Below are positions 12,298 through 23,762 of a DNA stretch of 64,000 bases, piece by piece. Source of the DNA: Dicyema japonicum (Eukaryota > Animalia > Dicyemida); assembly GCA_011109175.1 (NCBI GenBank), contig RDEW01000002.1, positions 12,299 to 76,298 of the forward strand, read 5' to 3'. Each line of letters starts with the position of its first letter. Position 1 is the stretch's first letter. The notes below the pieces were generated by a model. That model was not told the DNA's origin. It saw nothing but the letters and a program-made list of their open reading frames with translations, and made no database searches. The translations under genes and the position numbers were made by a program.

Positions 12298-12888
12298 TCA
12301 AGGGCAATATAGTAACAAGAAAAGTATGATTTTCTGGTTACTATATAATGGTTTAATATTTTTTGTAGAGGAAAGTATGATTTTTTTGTTACTAGTTGAT
12401 GGTTTAATATTATTTGTAGAGGAAAGTATGATTTTCTCGTTACTATTTGCTGGTTTAATATTATTTGTGGAGGAAAGTATGATTTTCCGGTTACTAGGTG
12501 ATGGTTTAATATTATTTGTAGAGGAAAGTATGATTTTCTTGTTACTACGTGATGGTTTAAACATTATTTGTAGAGGAAAGTTTAATTTTCTTGTTAATAT
12601 ATGATGGTTTAATATTTGGAATTGTCATTTTTTGGGTAGACAGTTTAGTTTTATTTTCTGTTTTGATAATTATTCGCTGGACTGTCGTATCTGTAGAATT
12701 CAAACAGTATCGTCCTAAAATAAATAAGTACAACAACCAATAGAACTAAATTTGATAGTATCTCTATTATTAATTATTTTGGTCCTTAAACAAGAAATAG
12801 TGAGAGAAACATCTGAAGAAAATTTTTTAAATATAGTTTGACATTCATAGTCACGATTTTCTCGAATCAATTGTTGATCAAGTGTAAT
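12298..12888 (-). pseudogene. Truncated paralog of the repeat-stalk LAMP-like gene at 29355-30476
   Basis: Reverse complement matches ~29800-30340, including the 23-nt intron and the 51-nt repeats. Signal peptide and TM segment are missing. Confidence 0.75.
12310..12615 (-). repeat. 51-bp coding tandem repeat, ~6 units (IKPxxSNxKIILSSTNN)
   Basis: A 17-aa period is visible in both ORF-track translations. Confidence 0.95.
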
Positions 12889-12909
12889 CGGTATTTTATG
12901 GATGGAAAT

Positions 12910-13680
12910 ATGTTAAAAGATGTCTTGTTTGTTCAGGCCACATTGAAGATCGCAGTGTCGGGTTACAAACAATAATAAGTCGTGTGTGAATTGTGGTTCA
13001 TCCACCCACTTTGCCAATTATGGAAGATGCCCCAAGGCTGTTGAAGCTAACATTGCGAAGAAAAACAAAATTGACCAAAAAAGGAAAGAATCGAATGGAA
13101 AATTATTTCTAAAACGAGAAAATGCCCATAATGGAGAAAGTGAAGTTTCCAAAATTGGAACGAATAAGAAATTAAAGTCAGAGTTTAGAATGTATGGGCA
13201 GACTGGCTGGAATACGACATATAATAAGAAACCTTCTAAAAAAGAAACAGTAGAAGCTTCAACACAGAGAAGAGAGTGGTGCTCTTAAGAAGAGAGGGCA
13301 GCCACCGAAAAAACCAGAAGTAGTCAGGATAACCCTGATTAATGCCCGTTCTCTTCGGAAACGGGCCTCAGTGCTGGTTGCTATAGCCAGCACGATCCAG
13401 ATGGAAGTTCTAATTATAAACGAAACTAAATTGAAGCACATGGATTGGATTTAGCATCTGAAATTGATGACGAATACGAAAGAAAAACGAGAAGAATCGG
13501 TGATTATTACATTGCTTGTGGAAACTCGCATTGTAATTGGGGCTTTTTACGGAGAAGAGACATACGGTGTCTCATGAGAGTGCCCCGATATAGACGACCC
13601 CAAATCTTGGCTTTCCTCTTTAGTTAATGGCTCTTACCTTGTTTAGTTAGTTGGGGTTTTGCGAATAAATCATGTTATCT
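12910..13680 (+). mobile_element. LINE fragment: ORF1 zinc knuckle and start of APE
   Basis: CVNCGSSTHFANYGRC and LINARSLRKR...EVLIINETKL. Confidence 0.7.
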
Positions 13681-13689
13681 GTTNGATGT

Positions 13690-14118
13690 TGTACAATATA
13701 TGCTTTGATAATACAATATAGATCTGAAGATCGTTATGCACAATTAGATGGAAGAGGTTTGAATATAATTTAATTTAGCTAATGACTGTAATCCATCTAA
13801 CGATCCAAATACTCCAATTTGGTATTTTATGAATGGAAATCGACTCAAGGCTATATTAAGTGGGATTATTGAAATCGATGTTTATAATGATAAAAAGAGA
13901 AATTTGAATAACGAAGCGGTTAAAAAAAGTCGTCAAAAGACAAAAATGGCAGACGATGCCTTAAAATTTGAGTTGCAGCGAGTTCAGGTTACATTAATGT
14001 AATATCCTGTTAGGCCCAATTGGATAAAGCAACTGAAGATCTTGAGAAGGCCAAGATTAAAAGACACGTGGTTAAGGAATTCTACTTTAATCTTATTGGG
14101 AACCATTATAACCCTTAA
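13690..14118 (+). CDS. Chimeric spliced ORF: LAMP-like exons fused in frame to a C/EBP-like bZIP domain (5' end lost at the N at 13684)
   Basis: Introns 13757-13778 (22 nt, phase 1) and 13988-14013 (26 nt, phase 0) give TIYALIIQYRSEDRYAQLDGRANDCNPSNDPNTPIWYFMNGNRLKAILSGIIEIDVYNDK-KRNLNNEAVKKSRQKTKMADDALKFELQRVQAQLDKATEDLEKAKIKRHVVKEFYFNLIGNHYNP*. Confidence 0.6.
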
Positions 14119-14571
14119 TATTTAATTTATACGATTTTTTTAATATTTGTATTAAGACTTTTCTCTTGAATAGGGTAGCTAGAAGCTAGCATCCCAACCA
14201 GTAAACCATGCATATTTGGAAGTTACTTGATAAAGAGAGGCTTCATTTCCGAAAATACGATATTAAAATGGGACATGGATAGGAGTTTGATTTTTAACAC
14301 AACAGCATGCTATGAGAGTGGAACAATAACAATAGATATGTGTTACGTCACACATGATTACATGTGATGAACATAAGCGAACATACGATGTCTGATTATA
14401 ACCTCTGTTAATTACTTTTAGGTTTTTTCTAGGATAAATTATTCCGGGTTTTGAAGCGAATAACATTTTAATAACTTATTTTTTCGGAGAGTCTTTAAGT
14501 CGCTCTCTTAGTTTGCATCAAAATTCTTATCCGTACAGCTTATAAAAAATCCTCAAAGTTTTTTAATTCCA

Positions 14572-14640
14572 AGCAGGGCGGGATTCGAACCCAGATTCTT
14601 CGTACACACAACGCTTCCTTAGTTCACAACCTAGGTTTTC
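14572..14640 (-). mobile_element. tRNA-like SINE head fragment
   Basis: Minus strand has gggttcgaatcccgcc (B-box/T-arm) but no complete cloverleaf. Confidence 0.45.
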
Positions 14641-15199
14641 TTATATATCTTGAGTCAATCCATGGTCGTGGAAATCAGAGACATGATCTTTTATCCATCA
14701 TGAAGCAAAGTTGACGTTTTATGTTTTAGAGGTGACCAGAATTGGACAATATATTCATTGACCAGAATTGATTAGACTTTCGTTAAATGAGAGTTTTTAC
14801 ATCGAAAATGCCTAGAAAATTCTGCTTTTTCTAAAAAATTAAAAACGAATTTCCTCGAGTTGTCCGTTACTGGTCTCATCGCTTCCAGAAGTATCAAAAA
14901 ACTTTTGTAAAATTTTTTTCAGGGCGGATCGAGATTCGTCGCTATTTTGATTTATTCCCATATGGGTTCATAGATTTATTTGCAGAAAAGCATGGCATTT
15001 ATTAGTTAAAATTACTAAATTCTAATTTAGATCCCGGAGATTACACTCACAACAGCGACATAACCAATAGAACTGATCTCTACGATTCCTCGTGACTCAT
15101 GATAAACAATATAAATAAAAAACGTATTCGATGTTGATTTTATCAAAGAACTTTAAAATTCAAAAAAAAGTATAGGAATGAAGTTAATCGATATGGTAA

Positions 15200-16560
15200 T
15201 TTTGACATGACTACTAAACAAAAACATATTCACATCAGTTCTATTCACTGGCGAAAAAATTAATGGTACGTACGAATGATAAAACTGCGAATGTTATTAA
15301 TGTTACGAATACTAAAGAGCTGAAAAAAACAGTCGCGCAAGGACAAAGTAACGGCCGCACTCTATTTTTCAACATGAGGTCCTATTGGATTTTTCTGGAA
15401 TTTTTTCTTGTTTTGTCTTCACTTCTGGTCTTTGCCGATATGCATAAGAATGTTTGGAATGTCTGAAGTGATAATATTATTAAGAAAATCTGTGTCAGCT
15501 TGAAGTCTCATATTGTTAAAGATATCTTTCTCAGATTCAACGTATTCTGTGTAAATTTGGGCCATTATCAAAGTTACATATCAAAGAGTTTTTGTGGTTG
15601 GAATAAAGAATTTTCGAATCGAGAAGAAATAGCGTTAGCAGATAAATATCTAATTCAATTCGGACGTATCTGCGACTATACGGGAAAAAGATATTCTCAA
15701 GTTACGCAAAAACAACTTTGCAGGACTTATTGTTGTAAAACTAATACGAAAAATAAATCAACTAGGGACGAAGTTAAGATACTGAGTTGACAGGACAGAG
15801 AGTGAAGTTTTATCCAAAATATTTTCTTTGATCAGGACGCGTAATACACAGATTGGCGTTCTTTGGGCATGTTGTCCGCTTTGATATCCTGGAATGAACC
15901 ATCATGCGGAGCAATATTACTTGAAAAAGAAAACTTGGTTGACCAGCACTCGCTGGCTATCCACGGTAGAAGACGTCACGTAAAAGCCTATATTAAAGCT
16001 ACTCCAAATTGCGACAGATCGGGGAGAGTGGAGAAAATTGGCTCATGAGATCTCCAAAATAACATTACATAAAAGATAATTCGGAAAGAAATTGGAAGGA
16101 CAAAGTTTCAAAATCGATAATAGTAACCCGTCTTTTTAAAAAAGATATAAAAAAACTTGTGTGTTCTAGGAAGTGAGTACTTCAAACAAGCTATTTTCTA
16201 CCCGATGGAAAAAATTCCTTCTGTTTTCAAGCATCATTCGAAAATATTCAAGGCGTTAATCCAATGGATTTAATTCTTGATGTAAGGAAAGAACATTTGA
16301 TGGATTTAATTAAATATCGTGAGACGAGGCTAAGAACCATAAATGAAGTAGTTACCATTTGGAAGTCAAATCAGCGATCAGAAGTAGTAGATCAAACGCC
16401 GGTACACGATTATATAAACATCTTTATGTTCACGGAGGGACCGGACGTCCTATCTCATGTCCTAAAGAAATTGTTCAATTCAAGTCTGTGTTTGGATTTA
16501 TTCCTTACGTGATCTATAGTGAGTGAAATAGTGAAAACGGTCACTAAGTCAGGAAAACAG
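15200..16560 (+). mobile_element. Degenerate RTE-like LINE 3' region plus a further RT fragment
   Basis: LAFFGHVVRFD, TRWLSTVEDV and IATDRGEWRKL resemble the RTE C-terminus; EGPDVLSHVLKKLFNSSL is an RT N-terminal motif. Boundaries are approximate. Confidence 0.55.
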
Positions 16561-16689
16561 AAGACCGTCTAAGCCAGAAGTTTCTTACCTTTTTTACACG
16601 TCTCCCAAAAAAATGTAAGCTTGAGCCTCCCTTTATATTCATTAAATAATACAAATATTATGTTTAGCAGAAATAATTATTTAACAAAA

Positions 16690-18060
16690 ATTTAATGAGA
16701 TAATTTTTTGATTCTTGACACAAAGTTTTTGAAATCTCATTGTCATTAGGTGAGTGCTACTCATAGCTCATTAAGCACTAACAAACGAGTTCAATATTTA
16801 GATTTCATTGCATCTATTGCAGAATTTCCAGTTTCGCATAAATATGAGGTAACAAATAACAACAAAACTTTCATTGCTTTTATCGACAAAATTTCATAAT
16901 ACTTACATCGGTTCAACCAAAAATGAATTAGTAGTTCTCTCAGATTTCTTTTTCAATAATGTATCACATGAAAAATCCATCAATTTTTTTTCAAAAGTTT
17001 TCAATGCAAATTCATTATCTTCAATAAATGGATTCTGCGTCCATCGAACGTTTTACAGTCGAGATCTTTAAAAAAGTGTGCAAAATGCTTCAAAAAAATC
17101 CAAATGTTAACCAAATATATTTTTGTTGGCTTGAAAATTGACTATGACACAAAAACTATTTGAGTGTGGCAACATGTAGATTTTCACAACTCATATTTTT
17201 GGGAACATGTAGATTTCCATTACTCATAAATTAATGATTTCTTTTACTTTGTCTTTATGAGTGAATGAATGTAGTTGTGGTCCTTGCATGGAGTTATTCA
17301 ATACACTCAATTTCCCAAAATGTCAACCAAGAGGGCATTTGACAATAAAATTATCATTCATGAACAATTTTGAATAATCAATGTCATTTTCATCTAGAAA
17401 ATCGGATCTTTGAGTACTAACACTCTTAGAATCACGTCCGCGGGAGATAGCCACCGACCTCACAATAATATAAAAGTGATGTATAATTTGCATCCAATTT
17501 TTCACACAACTTTGAAAAAAGCTTAGCTTTCAAAAGAACTGTGATTTATGTAGTTTTATAACTATTGTAATTTGTGTAAAAATTTTTTTATGATTTGGGC
17601 TCATTTTTTGAAACAAGTGCTGATCTGTGAAGCACGCAGTGCGTCCAGATAATTTCTGGTGCTAAGTATTTTACAAGAAATTTAAGATCAGATTTGTATC
17701 CTGACATTGACTGTACTCCGTCTGTACAAAATCTAACACAATTAATACATTTTATGTTGATCTCTTCAAGAAATGTTTCCTTAGTAATCGAACTCTAATT
17801 TTCTTTTTAAAAGATCTTCAGGACTTGTGGACATTTTCAGAATGAGTCGTTTCAAAACGTCTTCTTAATTTGCATGGCCTCATACTATCAGCTGCAAGTG
17901 TTTTGAACAAAAGAAACAGTATTTCAAAGGAAATCAACAATAATACGTGTGAATCCTAACAATAAGTAGGACGGACAATATTTTCTTGTCTTTGGAGTCT
18001 AATTGATTATATTAAATTATTTTGACTATTTGAGCAACCATCAAAATCTTCACTATTCGT
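16690..18060 (-). mobile_element. Degenerate Buster/GTF2IRD2-like hAT transposase
   Basis: Minus strand fragments RKYCPSYLLLGF, PCKLRRRFETTH and RWLSPADVILRV. Confidence 0.55.
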
Positions 18061-18179
18061 CAATTTTCTTTTACAACCACTCATGAATTTATCCATGCTG
18101 TTGAACTAATTTAGAGTTAATTGAATTTTGAAAAAAAATATAATATTTAAATTAATAATTATTATTTTTATATAATCAC

Positions 18180-19300
18180 AGTTTTTATATGTTGCAGTCA
18201 GTTTTTGTGATTTTAGCCTCCAACATCTCTCGAATTCTCTACGAATGCTCCGCCAGTGAACCAACAGCGTTTATAAAGTGTCTTCTTTCATTTCTGCAGA
18301 GGAGTTCTATCAGAGTGCACTTTTTTTAATACCGATATGAATTCTTGAACCAACCTCTCTCTGACTGGATTTCTTAGCTCATTGCACATACGTAGGAAGC
18401 CCAGGCCATTTCTCACCGTCGTCTTCTCTGAAAGCAGAATGGTGACGGATGTGGAGTCTGATCCTATGTGCCTCATGATCTTCCGTCTGAGAGAATTTAC
18501 ACGCTACATCCTCGTAAAAGGAATGGCGAATCTCCAAGCAAAACAGACATATTCAATCGTCGGCGAAATAACTTGAAGATGTACTTTGAGTTTATGTAAT
18601 CAGTCAATTAATGAAGTGACTAAGAATATCAATCAATCATGAATTGACTAAAATGATTCAGTCACTTCGTGTCTATTTTGAATATAATTGAAAGGATTAT
18701 CTTAAACGTTTGTGTCAGATATTTGAAGAAACTAACTTATTCCTCCCGCACCAATTAGATTTTTCCTCCAGGATGGTCGTTTAAGGAGTTTTACTCCCTG
18801 TTAATCTCAGAGGTTCTGAAGGCCATTGACGAACCTAGTATGCCTGCATATAAAGTAATTTACCAGAATTATGACTCTTTAGGTGATCTCACTATTAACA
18901 GGATGGACTAAATACTGAGCTCTATGGGATTCCCATGATAAGTGAGATCCAATTTGAACTGAAACAAATGACTCTCTTGTCATTAAGCATTTTTTTGGTT
19001 AAGAAATTCTTTTTGTATCATTGAAACCTCGTGGCAAAACTAAAAATACTATACTGTCGGGTAACTCCGAATTTCTGTTCTATTCTGTTCAGTGAGTTAA
19101 AATAGAAAAAAATATAATCAGCTAAGGTGATGATCTGGATCGCAAAGTAATGCTCGAAGCCTGCGAAGAAATGGACATCGAACCGTATTCCATAACGGAG
19201 TGGAATCTTCTCGTATCTCTGGTAATTTATAAGGTATATAGAAGGAGCTGTTTGTAGGTTGGCTAACACCACAAATTATTGTTATCGTTCATGTAGAATT
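18180..19300 (-). mobile_element. Old degenerate LINE ORF2
   Basis: QVISPTIEYVCFAWRFAIP is homologous to the AVEYASVAWRFA motif of the other LINEs; many stop codons. Confidence 0.55.
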
Positions 19301-19551
19301 ATTTCAAAAGTTAACTAGAACCAATAACTTTCTTGGCAGCTTTCAGGACTATGGAATAACTTTCCAGGAAAGAAAGAGATATTGACATTGACAGTCATTC
19401 TCACGTGTTGAGAAATACCGGAAGTAGACGGTGGCGAGACATTCGCCGTTTCTTGGATCTGAATAGAGTTTTTGAATGATCATTAGAATAAGCATTCTTT
19501 TCATCGATGCTTTGACTTGGTTTTTCGCATATTTGGCTAAAGTCATTGATC

Positions 19552-19650
19552 AAACATCATCAGTGGAGATTCACTGCGGAACTGGATAGTCAAAAGGACA
19601 TACACACAAGAAAAAGAAAAAAACAAAGAAGTGAAGAGCATTCCTTGGTT
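19552..19650 (+). repeat. 3' body/tail of SINE family 1
   Basis: catcagtggagattcactgcggaactggat...aagaaaaagaaaaaaacaaagaagtgaagagcattcc matches the reverse complement of 48420-48515. Confidence 0.65.
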
Positions 19651-19879
19651 CTCCCTCTACGATTAGTTATAATAACTGTTCTTTACTTAAATAAAGTGTG
19701 TGTTCTGCACAAGCGAAAACCTAGACATCTTACGTGCTTATGGCAACGTGGTAGTGCTTAATTATATTATATTATTACACAAGTACTGCAGTTGTTTAGT
19801 CAGTGATTTTAAAATTTTTAAAGTAATTTATTTAAAAATTTTTTTAAATTTTGATTCAATTATTTAAAATTTTATACAA

Positions 19880-21780
19880 TTAGGAAAACGGTAGCTTGGT
19901 TCAACAAGGGCGCGTCGTGTTGTTGCAGTTCCTGGTGGCGCCAACTGTGGAGTTTGTCACAGAAAAAAAATGATCATTTGCTCACCCCAATCAAAGAAGA
20001 ATGTCTTTCTTGGACGGATCTCTCTGCATTACACATTTGACATGTTAAGAATGCTCTTATTAATCTCTGGAGACATCAAACCTAATCAGGGACAAGTGAA
20101 AACTCTTACCATTATTCAACTCAACATAAATGGATTGAGAGGAAAGATATTCGAAGTCAGAACATTTTTGAAATACGACGTCGACATGTGCCTCCTACAA
20201 GAGACGAAACTGACACACTCTTCCCCCTCTAACACTTCCGGGATACACGTTTATCAGAAAAGATCGCCAGTTTGTCCGTGGAGGAGGAGTCATTAATCTC
20301 GTGAAAAGTGAGATCGGGCACACAATAACGCCTTCGTATTATGATCCTCCATCTCTAATTGAATAAATTGGGATCTCCATTCGAACAAACATGGGAAATA
20401 TTACAATTGTGAACATGTACATTCCCCTACCAGCTCCTGTACAAAGGAATTTACCTTTTCAATGGATATGTTACATCAAAATAACATATGCTGATATGTT
20501 ACGACCACAATGCGAATCACCCAAGTTAGTAAAAAAGCCAAATTGCTGATGCCAGAGGAAATATCTTTCTATACTGGACAATTTTCTAATCCTTAACGAC
20601 TATCGGATGATCACAAGAACAACATATAGAGCTCATGACAACACGACTTCACCTGATTTGACCCTCGCCTCCCCTAATATTGATTTGCTAAACAACTGGT
20701 CTGTGATTTCTTATTTTCATTCCGATGAAGGGCACTCTGAAGGAAGGCGAAAGATTTTCTTATAATACGGAAACGTTGCTGGATAGCGAAATAAAAAAAA
20801 TCTCTAAAAAAAAAGCAAATGGACGAATGAGAAAAATCACCTGCGCTTTTAGCAAACAGAAATCCCAGTCAATCATGCGGAAAACTCGCTCAAAAATCAA
20901 AAAAACCTAAGAAGAAAAACAATCCTTATTTCAGCAAAAAGAACTTGATTGAATGATGATGTACTACGCTCAGAACAGCGAATTGCCTTATAAAATGTGC
21001 GAGGGTCCCTTTTATCATTGATAAAACCAAGATGTCGTCATGATCATGTATCGTTTTCACCAGCGGAGGTTGAAAATGCCATAAAATCCCAAAAACCAAC
21101 TTGCTCAAGCGGAGTAGATAAACTTTATATGATTGTTATCAAAAAAATTGGATTCTGGGCACTCACAACCCAAACACAAATATACAACATATCCATAAAT
21201 AGAAACACAATTCCAACATTGTGGAAATTGGCCCACATCCATCCAGTTCAGAACCTGGAAGACCTAAAAGAGTCCCCTTCTTATCGACCAATATCCCTAT
21301 TGTCAGAAATTTTTGAGAAAATGGTTTTGGAAAGCATCTTCCCAAAATTACCTAAAGAATCCTTCCATCAAGGATTTAAGAAAGGCCTATCTACAATTAC
21401 GCACTTGCAAAGCCTCACAAACTTTACTATGGCAGGATTTTAGTCAAAGCCTAGGCACCTCAAAATTTATTTTTCTCGGTTGACATCCGTAGGGCTTTTG
21501 ACTAGGTCCCCAGAAAAATCTTAAAAAAGAAGATCTAACGCTCAGAAATCTCCACCATCATCAAAAGATGGCTCGGGAACTTTCTTACGTCGAATAGAAG
21601 GAAATCAAGTTATTCCAACGAACTGTTTTTGAATGGTGAACTAATCCCACACAAAAACAAGCTAAGATTCTGGAAGTAACGCTAGACACCCTCGTGACCT
21701 TCAGCACACATATGTCTAACGTAATCAGTGCTTCGGCAAGAAAGCTTAACTTGGTGAATATTAAAAAAATCAAAGAACTA
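19880..21780 (+). mobile_element. LINE family B: 2A-like peptide, APE endonuclease and RT (degenerate)
   Basis: MLLLISGDIKPNQGQ precedes QLNINGLRGK...CLLQETKL; further motifs are SSGVDKL, SYRPISLLS, HQGFKKGLST and ILEVTLDTLVTF. Confidence 0.85.
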
Positions 21781-21821
21781 TTATTTCAAAAAGGGAAACG
21801 AGTAAATTAATATTAACCATT

Positions 21822-22989
21822 CTAAAGCATTGGAATATTTTCGAATGGTTCTACTATATTTCTTCGACGTTTGATGTAGATAACCCAAGTGACCCCAATA
21901 ATCATAAGTACCACTATAGTGATGGAAATTACCAGGAATTTATAATTATGTGAAACACGGAACATTTTCTTTCTTTTACTTTCAAAACATCCAGAATCTA
22001 AATTTACCATAATGCAAACCATTTCCAATGAAATTTAAATTCATATCATTCCGAAAAAATTGAGTTTTTAATGGTGAAAATCTAGCGCGAAGTTTAGGGA
22101 AATTAATTTTAAAATTTTACAGTTAAAGTAATTTCCTACGTCGACATAACTCGGATTATAGGATACCATGTCCAAATATTTTTGCTTTTGATAAAAGTAA
22201 TTTTCGAAATATAATATTTATTTTGTTTTAATTTAAAAATAAAAAATATTTCAAAATTGTCTTGATTTATATGCACCTTAATTCCATCGTTTTCAATATC
22301 AATTTTTGGACTTTGACATTCTTTAAAAAAATATTTAATTGTCCTCTATGATCAACTTTTAAATTTTACATATTCACTAATGTAGTCGATTTCAATATTT
22401 CCAATTAATATAGCCTTGAGTCGATTTCTATCCATAAAATACCAAATTGGAGTATATGGATCGTTAGATGGATTACAGTCATTAGCTAGATTAAATTATA
22501 TTCAAACCTTTCCATCTATATGTGAATAAAGAGATTTAGTTCTATATTCTATTATCAAAGAATATATTGAGACAGAATAGTCATTTCCCAAACTGATGGA
22601 AGTATCTCCACATCTGTAATATTCTCCATTTTTGATTTCTGTGATGTTTTTTGTATTTATGTAGGTTTTATTATCTTTGATGATTTAAAATAAATTACTA
22701 GAGTTTAATTTAATTTTCAATATTATGCTATAAATTTTTTAGATGGTTGAATGAAAAGTTCGATAGTTAAATTATTTTTCTTGAATTGATGCTTGGGAGA
22801 AAAATCGTAAGTATTAATTTTGATTCTGAATTCATCACAAATTCTCTACAATTGCAAATTATAAAATACATTCTCATGGATATTTTCAAAAAGCCATCTC
22901 CATATAATTTCATACCATGTATACCAATGTTAGTTGCATTATTTGATGAAAAACAAAAATATTAACAATATATTGAATGAACACGTCAT
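21822..22989 (-). pseudogene. LAMP-like type A membrane protein, copy 1 (frameshifted)
   Basis: Hydrophobic N-terminus, two Cys-flanked domains, 22-nt phase-1 intron at 21998-22019 (FIGN|DSGC), TM segment FLVISITIVVLMIIGVTWVIYI and a basic stop-transfer motif. Homologous to 38377-39612 and 43322-44551. Confidence 0.65.
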
Positions 22990-23099
22990 ATAGATTTTTT
23001 AGGTCACCTTTTAATGAATTTAGTTTAATATATATTAATAAATTTTGTCATTATTTTTAATTAAAATAAATCATATTCTTAAATATTTGATTCTAATTT

Positions 23100-23330
23100 G
23101 TATTACCGCCGTTGAGACGTCTGGTTCCCTAGCGCCTGCGACGCTGGAATTCTTGAATCGTCTAGGAATTGGAACGTTACACGAACAGGAGTCCTTCGTA
23201 AGCGCTGCTGGTCATTTGAGCGAAACTCGCTCGCCATTCTGAGAGAAAATAGCCACGCAATAATAACAACATGCCACGCAGTCAGGGCAGCCGCTATATA
23301 ACTGTTTATTCTTTTTTTTCTTAATAAAAT
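23100..23330 (+). mobile_element. CRE 3' fragment
   Basis: AVETSGSLAPATLEFLNRLG. Confidence 0.7.
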
Positions 23331-23384
23331 TTAATTTGTATCATAATAACCATGAAATCACGAGAAAGAGATAAAAGTTATCGT

Positions 23385-23670
23385 CTAATTAAGTGATCCC
23401 GGTGTCCATACTAGTCCTTTTCCTGTGGTTAGTTTTGAAGACCTGGATTAATCTCCACAGCGGGGAAGGTTTCTTCTCATATCTCGGGCAGGCGTCCATA
23501 TATAGTTTGATGTGAGGCCAGAGGAAATGGTCAGGGGACTTTGCCATCTTGAAGAAGTCCCGGTGACGTTCCGTAAGGTATTCCATGATTGGGGCCGTTT
23601 AGTGTTCTTCGTACCAACGAAGTGGACGTCGTTTTCGAAACTGGGATCACCTAAGAGGTTCGGTTCCTTA
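23385..23670. mobile_element. Two short LINE 3'-end fragments in opposite orientations
   Basis: Both end in gggatcac(t/c)taa, like the LINE ends at ~35110, ~35605 and ~45955. Confidence 0.45.
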
Positions 23671-23762
23671 AATGTTATATATAAATATTAATTAAATATT
23701 AATTTAATTGTAAACCAGAATTTGAACCAAATTAAATAAAAATTAGTAAATAATTAAACAAA

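Noticed and set aside
12298-12330. IILFLLLYC as the start of the TM helix in the truncated paralog
   Set aside because: These bases are an inverted copy of the repeat unit (fold-back), not homologous to the TM exon.
12248-12604. Plus-strand hydrophobic repeat ORF (DGLILFVEESMIFLLLV)n as a membrane protein
   Set aside because: It is the antisense of the 17-aa stalk repeat. The spliced paralog at 29355 shows the other strand is coding.
18180-19300. Endogenous RNA virus or alternative genetic code, suggested by many in-frame stops
   Set aside because: It contains the same LINE C-terminal motif as other copies, and all three stop codons occur at random. The intact genes translate in the standard code.
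19885-19960. HDV-like ribozyme at the LINE B 5' end
   Set aside because: Only a 5-bp ggcgc/gcgcc pairing; I could not build P1.1, P2 or the catalytic junction.
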